64,000 nt of DNA from Dehalococcoidia bacterium (GTDB taxonomy: Bacteria > Chloroflexota > Dehalococcoidia > Plut-88900). Where the stretch lies: assembly GCA_965197585.1 (NCBI GenBank), contig OZ240215.1, positions 3,104,001-3,168,000 of the forward strand, written 5' to 3'. Shown here piece after piece: positions 12,407 through 22,886 of the stretch (position 1 is its first letter; each line of letters opens with the position of its first letter). Below the pieces are notes generated by a model that did not search any database, had not been told where the DNA came from, and worked only from the letters and a program-made list of their open reading frames with translations. A program made the translations under genes and the position numbers.

Positions 12407-13330
12407 TTGATGACAGAAGTGAAGTTCGGCCCGCTCTACAGCCGCATACACGAGTTGGTCGGCGTGAAGGAATTTGCCGATACGACGGTGCAGATGGGCT
12501 TCGACTCCATCTGGATCCCCGACACCATGATCACCCGCGAGCACGCCCTGGACTGCTTCCCGACCCTCGGGGCCTTCGTGGAGCATACCCAGGATATTAT
12601 GCTCGGCACGTGCGTGGTGGTCGTGCCGCACAGACATCCCGCTATCCTGGCCAAGGAGGTGGCGACGCTCGACTACCTGTCCGGAGGCCGGATCATCTTT
12701 GGCGTCGGCGCAGGCCCGACTGCCACCCGCGCATTTGAAGCCGCGGGTGTTGACTCCCGCCAGCGGGGAGCCCGCACCGACGAGGCCCTGCAGATTATGG
12801 CTGGCCTCTGGTCGGACGAGTCGTTCAGCCACAAGGGGAGATTCTACGAGTTCGAGGACATGTACATGGAACCAAAGCCCGTGCAGAGACCAGGACCCCC
12901 CATCTGGGTGGGTGGTCACTCGGAAGGGGCGCTTAGACGAACGGGACGCTTTGGGGATGGGTTCATGCCGGCCGTATGCAGCCCTGCGGTGTACCATCGG
13001 GCGATGATGAAGATAGAACGCTACGCGGAAGAGTTCGGCCGGGACCCCGGGTCCGTGACGCGGGCAATGCACCTCTATTTCAGAGTCGCGGAGAGCGAGG
13101 CTGAGGCATCGGCGCTTGCCTCGGAGGACATGAGCAACCGCACCGGACGCTCAATGCAAGTGCTGCCTCATCAGGCGGCCATCGGGACGGTCGACGACTG
13201 CCTGAGGGCCGTGGAGCGGTTCATCTCGTGCGGCATCGAGCACTTCGCATTCAACCCGGTGTGCAAAAGGCCGGATTACATGAGCCAAATCGAGATATTC
13301 GCCACGAAGATAATGCCCCGGTTCAAGTAG
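12407..13330 (+). CDS. LLM-class flavin-dependent oxidoreductase
   Basis: GFDSIW, RHPAILAKEVATLDYLSGGR and PKPVQRPGPPIWVGG motifs. Confidence 0.9.
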   Translation: MMTEVKFGPLYSRIHELVGVKEFADTTVQMGFDSIWIPDTMITREHALDCFPTLGAFVEHTQDIMLGTCVVVVPHRHPAILAKEVATLDYLSGGRIIFGVGAGPTATRAFEAAGVDSRQRGARTDEALQIMAGLWSDESFSHKGRFYEFEDMYMEPKPVQRPGPPIWVGGHSEGALRRTGRFGDGFMPAVCSPAVYHRAMMKIERYAEEFGRDPGSVTRAMHLYFRVAESEAEASALASEDMSNRTGRSMQVLPHQAAIGTVDDCLRAVERFISCGIEHFAFNPVCKRPDYMSQIEIFATKIMPRFK

Positions 13331-13359
13331 CCAGGGTGAAAGAGTTACAGGAGACGTAA

Positions 13360-14292
13360 ATGCCCGACCCCAAGTTCGGTGTAATCTACAGCAGACTGCA
13401 TCCCGTGGTCCCGATACCCGGGTTCGCCCATGCCATTGAGGACGCGGGCTATGACTCCCTCTGGGTCACCGAGGGCCTGGTCAACGAGATGCCGGCCCTC
13501 GACATCATGCTGGCTTTGGGCGCATTTGTGCAGCATACGAAGCGGCTGACGGTTGGGACGTGCGTCGTGCTCGCGCCGTTGAGGAACCCGGCCATATTGG
13601 CCAAGGAGACTGCGACCTTGGACTTTCTTTCCGAGGGCCGAGTTGTGCTGGGCGTGGGGGTCGGCGGCTCTTCAAACTCCCGGATGGATGCGTTCTCGGT
13701 GTGCGGCGTCGACCCCCGGGAACGGGGAGCTCGCGCCGACGAGACGCTGGAAATTATGACCAAGCTGTGGTCGGGGAAACCCGTGAGCCATAGCGGAAGA
13801 TTTCATTCGTTCGAAGGGATCGAGATGGGCCCGATTCCCGTGCAGAAGCCGCACCCCCCGCTGTGGGCGGGCGGCGAGGCTGAAGGCGTATTGCGTCGGG
13901 CGGCGAGATGGTGCCAGGGGTTTGTGCCTAGCAACCCGGGTGTGCAGGAATACGTCCGGCTGTGGGACCGTATAGAAGGCTACGCCGACAAGTACGGGAC
14001 TGACACCTCCAGGATAACGAAGGCGGTGCACCTATATTTCGCTATGGGCGAGAGCCGGGAGATCGCTCGGGACACGGTGAGGACAACCCTTGCCAAGCGC
14101 TACGGCTTTGAACCGCACCTGCCCGACCCCCGGGCTATCCTGGTCGGAACGCCCGACGACTGCGTCCAGACCATTGAAGACCACATGAAGGTTGGGGTAA
14201 CCCACTTCGTGCTGAACGCAGCCCGCCCCCTGACAGAAGTCAAAGCAGACTACGAAAAGTTCGCCGAAACGGTGCTGCCTCGGTTCAGATGA
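13360..14292 (+). CDS. LLM-class flavin-dependent oxidoreductase (paralog)
   Basis: GYDSLW, RNPAILAKETATLDFLSEGR and PVQKPHPPLW motifs. Confidence 0.9.
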   Translation: MPDPKFGVIYSRLHPVVPIPGFAHAIEDAGYDSLWVTEGLVNEMPALDIMLALGAFVQHTKRLTVGTCVVLAPLRNPAILAKETATLDFLSEGRVVLGVGVGGSSNSRMDAFSVCGVDPRERGARADETLEIMTKLWSGKPVSHSGRFHSFEGIEMGPIPVQKPHPPLWAGGEAEGVLRRAARWCQGFVPSNPGVQEYVRLWDRIEGYADKYGTDTSRITKAVHLYFAMGESREIARDTVRTTLAKRYGFEPHLPDPRAILVGTPDDCVQTIEDHMKVGVTHFVLNAARPLTEVKADYEKFAETVLPRFR

Positions 14293-14307
14293 GGCTGGGT
14301 CGGGACC

Positions 14308-16779
14308 CTATTTCTCCGTCGTGAGCCAGAGGCGCGTGCCATCGGTCTCTATCTGGATAGCCCCGACCTCCGACGTAATCAGAATACGTTCCGCCGAAAC
14401 ACGCTGAGCTAGCGTGGCGAGGGTCTCGGGGTGGGGATGCCCGTACTGGTTGTCGAGTCCCGCGGAGATCAGGACCAGTTGAGGGTCGACGGCGGCTATG
14501 AACTCGGGTGTGGAGGAAGATCGGCTGCCGTGGTGCGGTGCGATCATCACGTTGCTGGATAGAAGGGCCCCCTGCCTCACGAGATAGCTTTCGGCAAAGG
14601 CCTCGATGTCCCCCGTGAGCAGGAAGCTGACGTCCCCGTACTCCAGTCTGAGCACCACCGAGTTATTGTTGGCATCCGCGCTCGTCCCGGTTAACGGGCG
14701 CGGCGGAGGGTGCAGGACCTGAAGCCCCATGTCCTCCCCGAGCAGCACCCGAGTCCCGACGTGCGCCTCCAGCGGTGAGATTCCTTTCCGCGCCAGTAGT
14801 GCCGTCCAGGAGAGAAAGTCGGCTTCGTTTCCTGCAGTAGTGCAGCCTGCCCCGCATTGGATGACGTGATCGACGTCGTACCTTTCCAGGAGGCCCATCA
14901 GCCCCGAGAGATGGTCAGAGTCGGGGTGGGTGAGGACTACGAGGTCAACCGAACGCTGCCAGTGTGGCAAACGTTGGCCCAGTTCGAGTACCAGGGTATC
15001 CGGGTTCGGGCCGCCGTCTACCAGCACGGTGAGACGGTCGGGGCCCTGGATGAGTATCGACTCACCCTGGCCTACGTCGAGGACGGTAACACTTAGCCTC
15101 TCGGGGGCCTGGACCGCAGCCACGGATAAGACGCCGATAGTAAGGATGACGACAAGGGCGAGGAAGACAGTGCGCTTTCGAAGGAAAAGGGCCGAGAGGC
15201 CTGGTTTGGCGGTGGCGCGCAGTGTCGGGAATTCGGGCAGCTCGGATTGGACCAGGGCGCGAGGACACATCCTCCGCGCCCACCATAGGAATAAGAGTAA
15301 TGTGGCATAGTAGAACAACATGGCATAGAGGGCGGCGGGCCCGACGTCGACCTTCAACCCCGGCACCCAGGCGAACGCCCGGATAACCCCGGTCATCCAC
15401 GAAAGCCACGGCCAGGTTCCCCAAGCCAGGACCTGTCCTGCAGTCTCCGAGAATATACCTGCAACTGCCACTGCGAGAGAGGAGATAAGGACAAAGGGCA
15501 GGACGGGCAGGACAGGGACGGTGGCCGGCAGACCAACGGGCGAAAGGAACTGGAAGTTGAAGCCGATGATGGGGAAGGTGGCGAGGATGACGGCTAGGGA
15601 GATGGCCGAGGCTTCGACTAAGAACTTCACAACGCCTCCAGCCACACCCTCGGGCTCCCAGCATCGGGCCACGAGCCTCAGGCCCCCGGCCCGGAACCAC
15701 GGGCCTAGCAGAAGCAGACCGGCCATAGCCACGAAGCTGAGTTGGAAGGACACCTCTTCGAGCAGGTCGGGATCAACCGTGACCATTAACGCCGCGGCCG
15801 CAGAGAGTGCAGTCATGCCACTTCGCTGGCGGCCCAACAATATGGCCCACAGGTAGAGGCTTGCCATAATAGCCGCTCGGATCACCGGCGGCGAGAAGCC
15901 TGTGAGCACGGCGTAGACCCAGACGAAAAGCAGGGGTATGACGATGTAGATCTGTCCCCTCCTGCCCAGCAGAGCGGCACTTCCTAGACTAACCAACCCC
16001 ACCAGAATGCCCACATGCAGCCCCGATATGGCTATCAGGTGAGTGGTGCCGGTCTTGGCAAAGTCCTCCCTGAGCTCCGAGGGGAGGCCGTCCCGTATGC
16101 CGAGCAGAAGTGCCTGGGCCAGAGAGGCCCTGGGCTCCGGCAGAGACCTACCAAGGGACGCCGCCATCTCCTTCCTTACTCGGTAGACCCACCCGAGGGC
16201 ACGCACACCGCCTCCATCGCTGGCCAACTCGACCTCCGGGTGGAGCATGAGGTAGTGGATCCCCTCGCGGGCGAGACGTTCCCGCCAGTCGAATTCCTCT
16301 AACACAGGTGGTCGTTCGATGCTTCCCTTCAGAACCAGGGTGTCGCCGTAACGGAAGAAGGGAGGGCTTCGCTCTTCGATCATTGGGATGGAGGGTTTGG
16401 CCCTGACCAGCAGCAGACCGGAAGTTTCCACCCAGCCTCCGTCGGCGCGGTAACGTTGTACTGAGAAGCGGAACTGGGTGAGGGCGCCTCGTGACTCCGG
16501 GTAGTCGTCGACGACACCGGAAACCACGATGGCGGAGGAATCAGCGAGGCCCTGGAGTTGCTCGGGAGGCCCGGAGATTGGCACTATCGCGCCCCGGCCT
16601 ATGCCTATAAGCAGCGCAACGAGCAGGAACAAATAGATGATTCTTGGCTGTGTTCTGAGGAGAAGGCCCGCAATCAGGACGAGACCCGCGGATATTAAGA
16701 AAGGCCAGGGCAGCAGGTCAAGCGCCGACCCGGCGAGTATGCCCACAACCAGGGCCCCGCTGATGTAGACGAGGGTCAT
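14308..16779 (-). CDS. comEC: DNA uptake channel ComEC/Rec2
   Basis: HLIAISGLH competence domain, SFQLSF, C-terminal MBL domain (DVGQG, THPDSDH, HHGS). Confidence 0.95.
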   Translation of the reverse strand: MTLVYISGALVVGILAGSALDLLPWPFLISAGLVLIAGLLLRTQPRIIYLFLLVALLIGIGRGAIVPISGPPEQLQGLADSSAIVVSGVVDDYPESRGALTQFRFSVQRYRADGGWVETSGLLLVRAKPSIPMIEERSPPFFRYGDTLVLKGSIERPPVLEEFDWRERLAREGIHYLMLHPEVELASDGGGVRALGWVYRVRKEMAASLGRSLPEPRASLAQALLLGIRDGLPSELREDFAKTGTTHLIAISGLHVGILVGLVSLGSAALLGRRGQIYIVIPLLFVWVYAVLTGFSPPVIRAAIMASLYLWAILLGRQRSGMTALSAAAALMVTVDPDLLEEVSFQLSFVAMAGLLLLGPWFRAGGLRLVARCWEPEGVAGGVVKFLVEASAISLAVILATFPIIGFNFQFLSPVGLPATVPVLPVLPFVLISSLAVAVAGIFSETAGQVLAWGTWPWLSWMTGVIRAFAWVPGLKVDVGPAALYAMLFYYATLLLFLWWARRMCPRALVQSELPEFPTLRATAKPGLSALFLRKRTVFLALVVILTIGVLSVAAVQAPERLSVTVLDVGQGESILIQGPDRLTVLVDGGPNPDTLVLELGQRLPHWQRSVDLVVLTHPDSDHLSGLMGLLERYDVDHVIQCGAGCTTAGNEADFLSWTALLARKGISPLEAHVGTRVLLGEDMGLQVLHPPPRPLTGTSADANNNSVVLRLEYGDVSFLLTGDIEAFAESYLVRQGALLSSNVMIAPHHGSRSSSTPEFIAAVDPQLVLISAGLDNQYGHPHPETLATLAQRVSAERILITSEVGAIQIETDGTRLWLTTEK

Positions 16780-16807
16780 GGGCAGCCCGGTTCCGGCATG
16801 CGGAGGC

Positions 16808-17374
16808 TTATTGCACCCTGATCAGGTGCTGGATCGACTCGAACGTCTTCTCCCCAATGCCCGACACCTCAAGGATGTCCTCGATGCGGGTGAAGGGCCC
16901 CTGACTCTCCCGATGGTCGATGATGGCCTCAGCCCTCCCGGGCCCAATTCCCGGCAGGGTCTGGAGTTCCTCTGAAGAGGCGGCGTTCAAGTCGACGAGG
17001 GTGCCAGGGATGTCACCTGGCGGGCTGGTATCTGACGGGGTGTTGCCGGGTACGCGGAGAACGCGAATGTGCTCCTGGTCGGAGATGATGAGTGCGCCAT
17101 TGATGCTGGCCTGGTCGGCGTTTTCGGTGAAGCCGCCCGCGGCCTCTATCGCGTGGAGAAGCCGGTTATGGCCCGGGGGAAGGGTGTGGAGACCGGGATC
17201 GACGACCTCGCCGGTGACATATACAACAATCCCGGAACTGGATCCCGGGGAGGGTAGAACAATCTCTACCGAGCCGGTGTCACGGCATGCAAGCGGCACC
17301 GAAAGAAGAGCTAGGATTAAAGGGATGAGGAGAAGGCGCAGTTTGGCACTCTTTGCGGGGGAAAGTGGCTCCAA
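16808..17374 (-). CDS. comEA: ComEA DNA-binding competence protein
   Basis: SLBB domain (VTGEVVDPG...AIEAAGG) plus helix-hairpin-helix LPGIGP and VSGIGEKT; start uncertain. Confidence 0.92.
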   Translation of the reverse strand: MEPLSPAKSAKLRLLLIPLILALLSVPLACRDTGSVEIVLPSPGSSSGIVVYVTGEVVDPGLHTLPPGHNRLLHAIEAAGGFTENADQASINGALIISDQEHIRVLRVPGNTPSDTSPPGDIPGTLVDLNAASSEELQTLPGIGPGRAEAIIDHRESQGPFTRIEDILEVSGIGEKTFESIQHLIRVQ

Positions 17375-17549
17375 TATATGGTTAGGACTTGATATATGTC
17401 AAATATGTGTTACACAAGTGCGCTAACTCCATTACCTGAAGACTCCTTGCGGCGTATTGAATTGCTACGTTAGCTGTCCAATTTGTACAGCCTCGTGGGT
17501 CGGGGGTAGAATGGGGATTGGGGAGGGGTGGCATAGCCATTTCCGGCGC

Positions 17550-18590
17550 ATGAGTAGAGAAACTTCCACACAACAGGCAGACGGGATTCTCGACCTCTTC
17601 GGGAGGCCATTGCGAGATCTGCGTATCTCGGTCACCGACAGGTGTAACTTCAGGTGTACCTTCTGCATGCCCGCGGAGATTTTCGGCGAGCGATACCGGT
17701 TCCTCCCGAAAGACGACATCCTCACCTTCGAAGAGATCAGCCGCGTGGCCCGACTCTTCGTCGGCTTGGGTGTCCGCAAGATTCGCCTCACGGGTGGCGA
17801 GCCCCTCCTCCGGGATCAGCTCGAAGTCCTGGTTGCCCAGTTGGCTTCGATAGAAGGATTGGAAGACTTGGCCCTGACCACCAACGGTTTCCTGCTGGCC
17901 AAAAAGGCCCAGCAACTCCGGGACGCGGGCCTGAAACGGGTCACGGTTAGCCTGCACACCCTGGACGACGATATCTTTGGACAGATGAATGGCCGAGGGT
18001 TCGGGACCGGAAGGGTGCTGGAAGGCATCCGTGCCGCCGAGGAAGCGGGCCTCGCGCCCATCAAGGTCAACGTTGTCGTACAGAAGGGGGTCAACGAGCA
18101 CACGATTGTCGACCTCACGAGGCGCGTCAAAGACATGGGCCACATCCTCCGCTTCATCGAGTTCATGGACGTGGGCAACCTGAACCAGTGGCGCTCCGAC
18201 CAGGTGGTGACCGCCCAGGAAATTATCGGGATGATCGACCGGGAGATGTCCCTGGAGCCCGTGGACAAGAGTTACCGGGGCGAGGTGGCGGACCGCTACA
18301 GGTACGCCGACGGCAAGGGCGAGATCGGGGTCATATCCTCGGTGAGCAACCCGTTCTGTGGAGACTGCACCCGGTCCCGCATCTCGGCGGAGGGTAAGGT
18401 GTACACCTGCCTGTTTGCCTCGAAGGGCGACGATTTACGTGGCCCCCTACGGGCCGGAGCTAGTGACGCCGACCTCACGGATATCATTAAAGGTATCTGG
18501 GGCCGTAGAGCGGATCGGTACTCGGAGGATCGGGCCTCGTTGTCCGGGAGCTGGGCCAAAAAGGTGGAGATGTACCACATAGGCGGCTAG
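17550..18590 (+). CDS. moaA: GTP 3',8-cyclase MoaA
   Basis: LRISVTDRCNFRCTFC, C-terminal FCGDC...C and MYHIGG end; start set at ATG 17550. Confidence 0.96.
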   Translation: MSRETSTQQADGILDLFGRPLRDLRISVTDRCNFRCTFCMPAEIFGERYRFLPKDDILTFEEISRVARLFVGLGVRKIRLTGGEPLLRDQLEVLVAQLASIEGLEDLALTTNGFLLAKKAQQLRDAGLKRVTVSLHTLDDDIFGQMNGRGFGTGRVLEGIRAAEEAGLAPIKVNVVVQKGVNEHTIVDLTRRVKDMGHILRFIEFMDVGNLNQWRSDQVVTAQEIIGMIDREMSLEPVDKSYRGEVADRYRYADGKGEIGVISSVSNPFCGDCTRSRISAEGKVYTCLFASKGDDLRGPLRAGASDADLTDIIKGIWGRRADRYSEDRASLSGSWAKKVEMYHIGG

Positions 18591-18627
18591 CTCGCCTTAT
18601 CTGACTGCCCGAAGGGAGTATTCGAAA

Positions 18628-19104
18628 ATGCCCAACTACTGGATGATCGTTAGCTCGGCGGAGAACTTCGAGATTTCTCGGGAGCTTGGATTCCTTGTGC
18701 AAGGGGTCAAGAGCCGGCACCGGAAGAAGGCGGAGAGGATGGAGCCCGGGGACCGGGTGCTCTACTACCTGACGGGAGTGCAGCAGTTCGGTGGCACGGC
18801 GACCATAACTTCTCCGTACTACGAAGACCACGCCCCCATCTGGAACAGCAAGAAGAAGGGCGAGGAGTACCCCTTCCGGTTCGGCATCAAGCCTGAGCTG
18901 ATCCTCGAGCCGGGAACGTACGTGGACGCTAAGGCCATAGTACCGCACCTGGAATACGTGAAGAGATGGCCTCCGCAGCACTGGCACCTGGCCTTTCAGG
19001 GCAATGTCCACCTGTTCTCCGAAGAGGACTTCTCCTTCATAGAGGGCGAGATCAGCAAACGAATGCCGGAGCGCGAGACCTCAGAGTCCGCGGCACAGGG
19101 ATAG
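18628..19104 (+). CDS. EVE domain protein
   Basis: NYWM..., MEPGDRVLYY and YPFRF pattern. Confidence 0.8.
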   Translation: MPNYWMIVSSAENFEISRELGFLVQGVKSRHRKKAERMEPGDRVLYYLTGVQQFGGTATITSPYYEDHAPIWNSKKKGEEYPFRFGIKPELILEPGTYVDAKAIVPHLEYVKRWPPQHWHLAFQGNVHLFSEEDFSFIEGEISKRMPERETSESAAQG

Positions 19105-19107
19105 CTT

Positions 19108-19800
19108 ATGCCCGACTCCGGTCCTCGAGACCTGCCCCTCTTCCCGCTCAACGTGGTGCTATACCCCGGCATGTCCCTGCCGCTCCGAGTATTCGAAGAG
19201 CGATACAAGCAGATGATGAACAGGTGCCTGGAAGGTGACATGACATTCGGGGTAGTGCTGATCAAGTCCGGGAAGGAAGTGGGGGGAGGCGCCGTGCCCT
19301 TTGAGATAGGGACAGTTGCCAGAATCATGGATGTGGTCCCGCAGGGTGGTGGCCGGATGCTCGTGAGCGCAGTCGGAGAAGAGGTATTCCGCATCGTAGA
19401 CATCCAACAGATAACGCCGTACATGGTTGGAAGCATCGAGGTGCTGGAGAGGACGGAGGAGTCGGCGCCCGAGGAGCTGACCACGCGGGTGGTGGGCCAT
19501 TTCAAGACCTACAGGTCGCTGTTGGCCTCGCTGCGAGGCATGGGAGAAGGTACGGTTGACCTGGATGAAGACCCGGAGAGACTGTCCTACACCGTTGCGG
19601 CGGAGCTGATGACCGGGACGCGGGAAAAGCAGGGTCTTCTGGAGACCTCGTCCGCTACAGTGCGGCTGGAGGAAGAGCTAAAGCTCCTTCAGTCCACCAA
19701 CCTGAGCCTGGAGCTCTTCTTGTCGGAGAGAAGGAAGAAAGAGGCTCGAGGCAGCCGCAAGGACGACTCCTCAGAACGCCCCCGATTCTCTCTGAACTGA
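19108..19800 (+). CDS. LON peptidase N-terminal (substrate-binding) domain protein
   Basis: LPLFPLNVVLYPG..LPLRVFEERY and KQGLLE motifs; no ATPase domain. Confidence 0.9.
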   Translation: MPDSGPRDLPLFPLNVVLYPGMSLPLRVFEERYKQMMNRCLEGDMTFGVVLIKSGKEVGGGAVPFEIGTVARIMDVVPQGGGRMLVSAVGEEVFRIVDIQQITPYMVGSIEVLERTEESAPEELTTRVVGHFKTYRSLLASLRGMGEGTVDLDEDPERLSYTVAAELMTGTREKQGLLETSSATVRLEEELKLLQSTNLSLELFLSERRKKEARGSRKDDSSERPRFSLN

Positions 19801-19828
19801 CTCACCAACCCGCCAATACTCTTAAATA

Positions 19829-19864
19829 AAAACAGGGGAGTGCGTTAGCGCACTCCCCTGTTTC
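19829..19864. terminator. bidirectional terminator
   Basis: AAACAGGGGAGTGCG-TTAG-CGCACTCCCCTGTTT between convergent genes. Confidence 0.85.
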
Positions 19865-19881
19865 TGTTTTCGTAGGAAAGG

Positions 19882-21027
19882 CTAGTCGGAGGCCAGCACT
19901 AGGGTGCCGGTGGAAGAAAGGGTACCTCCCGTGCCGTTGACCAGGCAGGTCTTGGCGTCCGGCACTTGCCGGTCTCCACATTCACCCCTCAGCTGCCGGG
20001 TTGCTTCCAGGAGCAGGAACATCCCGTACATGCCTGTGTGGCAGTACGAGAGCCCGCCTCCGTTGGTGTTCATTGGGAAATCGCCGCCGGGAGCGGTGCG
20101 CTGGTTGGCGACGAAGTCGGGGCCCTCGCCCCGGCCGCAGAAGCCGAGAGACTCAAGGGTGATGAGGACGGTGTAGGTGAAGGAGTCGTAGATCATGGCA
20201 AGGTCGATGTCGGAGTGAGTGAGGCCCGCCATCGAAAGGGCCCGTGGCCCGGTCTCCCGAGCTATGGTCGAGCAGAGGTCTGCCTGCTGTCCTATGCCGT
20301 CTCCGTGGTCGTGTCCCTCCGCCGAGCCTAAAATCCAGACGGGTTTCTTCTTTGTGCTTTTGGCCGCAGCCGCGGAAGCGATTACCGTAGCGCCGCCGCC
20401 GTCGGTAACCAGGCAACAGTCGAAGAGGTGGAATGGCCATGAAATCCAGCGGGAGTCGTGGTAGTCCTCGAAGGACATCGGGTCCTGTATGAAGGCCTTG
20501 GGGTTGAGCTGCGCCCACTTCCGGGTTGCGACAGCAATCTCTGCTAAGGCGTTCCGTGTCCGCTCCTCACCGAACTCGTTCATGTATCGGGAGCAGGCTG
20601 TAGCATAGCCGTGGGGCGCTATGACGAAGCCGTAGGGGTCCTCGTACTGCGCCCCGGACATGTTGGGGTCGTCTCCTGGATAGGCCCGGGTGCTTCGGCC
20701 CGCCTCTCCGTGGACTATGACGGCCACGTCCATGAGTCCGGAGTTGATGGCGGACAAGGCGTGCTCCACGTGGATGATGAAGGAGGAGCCTCCCACGTTG
20801 GTCCCGTCCGTGTACTTGGGAGTGAAGCCCATGTACTCCGCCATGGAGTAGGGGGATGGTCCTGCGATGAACAGGCCGTCGACGTCCGAGAGTGATAGCC
20901 CTGCGTCGTCGAGAGCGTTGAACGCAGCCTCAGAGCCGAGCTGCATGCGGGACTTGTTGGCGACGCGCCCTATCTCGTCAGACTCGTCCACACCGACGAT
21001 AGCGGCTTTTCGCGAAAGGTCAGCCAT
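19882..21027 (-). CDS. thiolase-fold protein (SCP2/Ltp2-like), copy 2
   Basis: AAIVGV, DCCLVTDGG, IYDSFT and NTNGGGLSYCH motifs; VGGSS replaces the thiolase nucleophile Cys. Confidence 0.88.
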   Translation of the reverse strand: MADLSRKAAIVGVDESDEIGRVANKSRMQLGSEAAFNALDDAGLSLSDVDGLFIAGPSPYSMAEYMGFTPKYTDGTNVGGSSFIIHVEHALSAINSGLMDVAVIVHGEAGRSTRAYPGDDPNMSGAQYEDPYGFVIAPHGYATACSRYMNEFGEERTRNALAEIAVATRKWAQLNPKAFIQDPMSFEDYHDSRWISWPFHLFDCCLVTDGGGATVIASAAAAKSTKKKPVWILGSAEGHDHGDGIGQQADLCSTIARETGPRALSMAGLTHSDIDLAMIYDSFTYTVLITLESLGFCGRGEGPDFVANQRTAPGGDFPMNTNGGGLSYCHTGMYGMFLLLEATRQLRGECGDRQVPDAKTCLVNGTGGTLSSTGTLVLASD

Positions 21028-21072
21028 TAAGGACCTCCTCAGTTGTGCCGGACCGGGCCCCGGAATGTAGGG

Positions 21073-21483
21073 CTAGGCAGGCTTGAACTTGGGCAGCGAG
21101 ATTTCGTCGGTTATGTCGTCGAAGACGATCTCTACGGCCATCCCTATAGAGACGTTCTCGGGAGTCGGGTCGTCGATAACGATGTTTGTAGGGATTCGTA
21201 CGCCGTCTTCAAGCTCCACGAGGGCGGCCACGTAAGGGCACACTTCGCGGAACGGGGGCGGGGACCGATGCACGATTGTGAAGGCGTATATGGAGCCCTT
21301 GCCGCTGCTCTGCGTCCAGGAAACGTCCTTGGTGTGACAGGTGGGGCAGAAGTCCCGGGGGTAGAAGTAGGCCTTGTCACAGGCATTGCACTTGCGGAAC
21401 CACAGCTCGTGGGCCTTGGCCTTCTCCCAGTAGAAGTCGGACTCTGGCTGGGGAACGGGGACGGGAAGGTTGTAGTCTGCCAT
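21073..21483 (-). CDS. DUF35 Zn-ribbon/OB-fold protein (ChsH2-like)
   Basis: CNAC...YPR.FCPTC, PYVAALVELEDG; start MADYNLP at 21483. Confidence 0.9.
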   Translation of the reverse strand: MADYNLPVPVPQPESDFYWEKAKAHELWFRKCNACDKAYFYPRDFCPTCHTKDVSWTQSSGKGSIYAFTIVHRSPPPFREVCPYVAALVELEDGVRIPTNIVIDDPTPENVSIGMAVEIVFDDITDEISLPKFKPA

Positions 21484-21521
21484 ATTTATTCTCCTCTTAC
21501 GAAGTAGCTCGCCTGTTCCTG

Positions 21522-22667
21522 CTAGTCGGAGGCCAGGACAATGGTGCCGGTGGAGGACAGGGTGCCGCCCGTGCCGTTGACCAGGCTGGTCTTGGCCCCC
21601 GCGACTTGCCGGTCTCCGCACTCGCCTCTAAGCTGCCGGGTGGCCTCCAGCAGGAGGAACATGCCGTACATGCCGGTGTGGCAGTAGGAAAGTCCGCCGC
21701 CGTTGGTGTTCATTGGAAAGTCGCCGCCGGGAGCAGTGCGCTGGTTGGCGACGAAGTCGGGGCCCTCGCCCCTTCCGCAGAAGCCGAGGGACTCGAGGGT
21801 GATGAGGACCGTATAGGTGAAGGAGTCGTAGATCATGGCGAGGTCGATGTCGGAGTGTTTGAGCCCCGCCATCTCCAGCGCCCGAGGCCCGGTCTCCCTG
21901 GCTATAGTCGAAGCGAGGTCATTCTGCTGCAGGATACCCTCGCCGTGGTCGTGGCCTTCGGCTGCCCCGAGGATCCAGACGGGACTCTTCTTAGTGCTCT
22001 TGGCCACCGCCGCCGAGGTGATGACCGTTGCGCCGCCGCCATCGGTGACGAGGCAGCAGTCGGGGAGGTGGAAGGGCCAGGAGATCCAGCGGGAGTCGTG
22101 GTAGTCCTGGATGGACATCGGGTCCTGCATGTATGCCTTGGGGTTGAGCTGCGCCCACTTACGGGTAGACACGGCTATCTCTGCCAGGGCGTTGCGAGTG
22201 CGCTCCTCGCCGAACTCGTGCATGTAGCGTGTGCAGGCAAGGGAGTAAGCGTGAGGTTCGATGACCAAGCCGTAGGGGTGTTCATACTGTGCGATTGGCA
22301 TGTTGGGGTCGTCCCCCGCGTAGGCCCGGGTGCTCCGCCCTGCCTCGCCGTGCACGATGAGGGCTACGTCGATAAGCCCTGCGCTGATAGCGGCAAGGGC
22401 GTGCTCCACGTAGATGACGAAAGAGGAGCCGCCGACGTTGGTGCCGTCAGTGTACTTGGGGGTGAAGCCCATGTACTCGGCCATGTTATAGGGGGACGGG
22501 CCGGCGACGAATAGCCCGTCGACATCCGAGAGAGAAAGACCGGCGTCGTCCAGGGCGTTGAATGCCGCCTCCGAGCCATGCTGGAGACGGGACTTGTTGG
22601 GTACTTTGCCTATTTCGTCGGACTCGTCCACTCCGACGATCGCGGCCATACGGGACAGATCTGCCAT
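21522..22667 (-). CDS. thiolase-fold protein (SCP2/Ltp2-like), copy 1
   Basis: Highly similar to 19882-21027; GGAGG RBS before ATG 22667. Confidence 0.88.
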   Translation of the reverse strand: MADLSRMAAIVGVDESDEIGKVPNKSRLQHGSEAAFNALDDAGLSLSDVDGLFVAGPSPYNMAEYMGFTPKYTDGTNVGGSSFVIYVEHALAAISAGLIDVALIVHGEAGRSTRAYAGDDPNMPIAQYEHPYGLVIEPHAYSLACTRYMHEFGEERTRNALAEIAVSTRKWAQLNPKAYMQDPMSIQDYHDSRWISWPFHLPDCCLVTDGGGATVITSAAVAKSTKKSPVWILGAAEGHDHGEGILQQNDLASTIARETGPRALEMAGLKHSDIDLAMIYDSFTYTVLITLESLGFCGRGEGPDFVANQRTAPGGDFPMNTNGGGLSYCHTGMYGMFLLLEATRQLRGECGDRQVAGAKTSLVNGTGGTLSSTGTIVLASD

Positions 22668-22886
22668 TCTTGACCTCCTGTGACTAACGGGGTGTGCCAT
22701 GACAGGGGCGCGTGTCCCCCACTCCATAGGCAGCGAAGTTGGTAGTATTCCCCCAGAAAGCGGCCCTTATTCTATAGTCGGGGGGTGGGGGTGTCAATTT
22801 GGGGGGAGAATGGGCTTCTGGACTTAGAGGGAAGGGGCCGCGTAGAATGGCCTTATAAACCTCGTTACTAGCATCAGGAGGAGACT

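Noticed and set aside
17385-17420. LexA box upstream of comEA
   Set aside because: TAAC-ACAT-ATTT matches the GAAC-N4-GTTC consensus too poorly.
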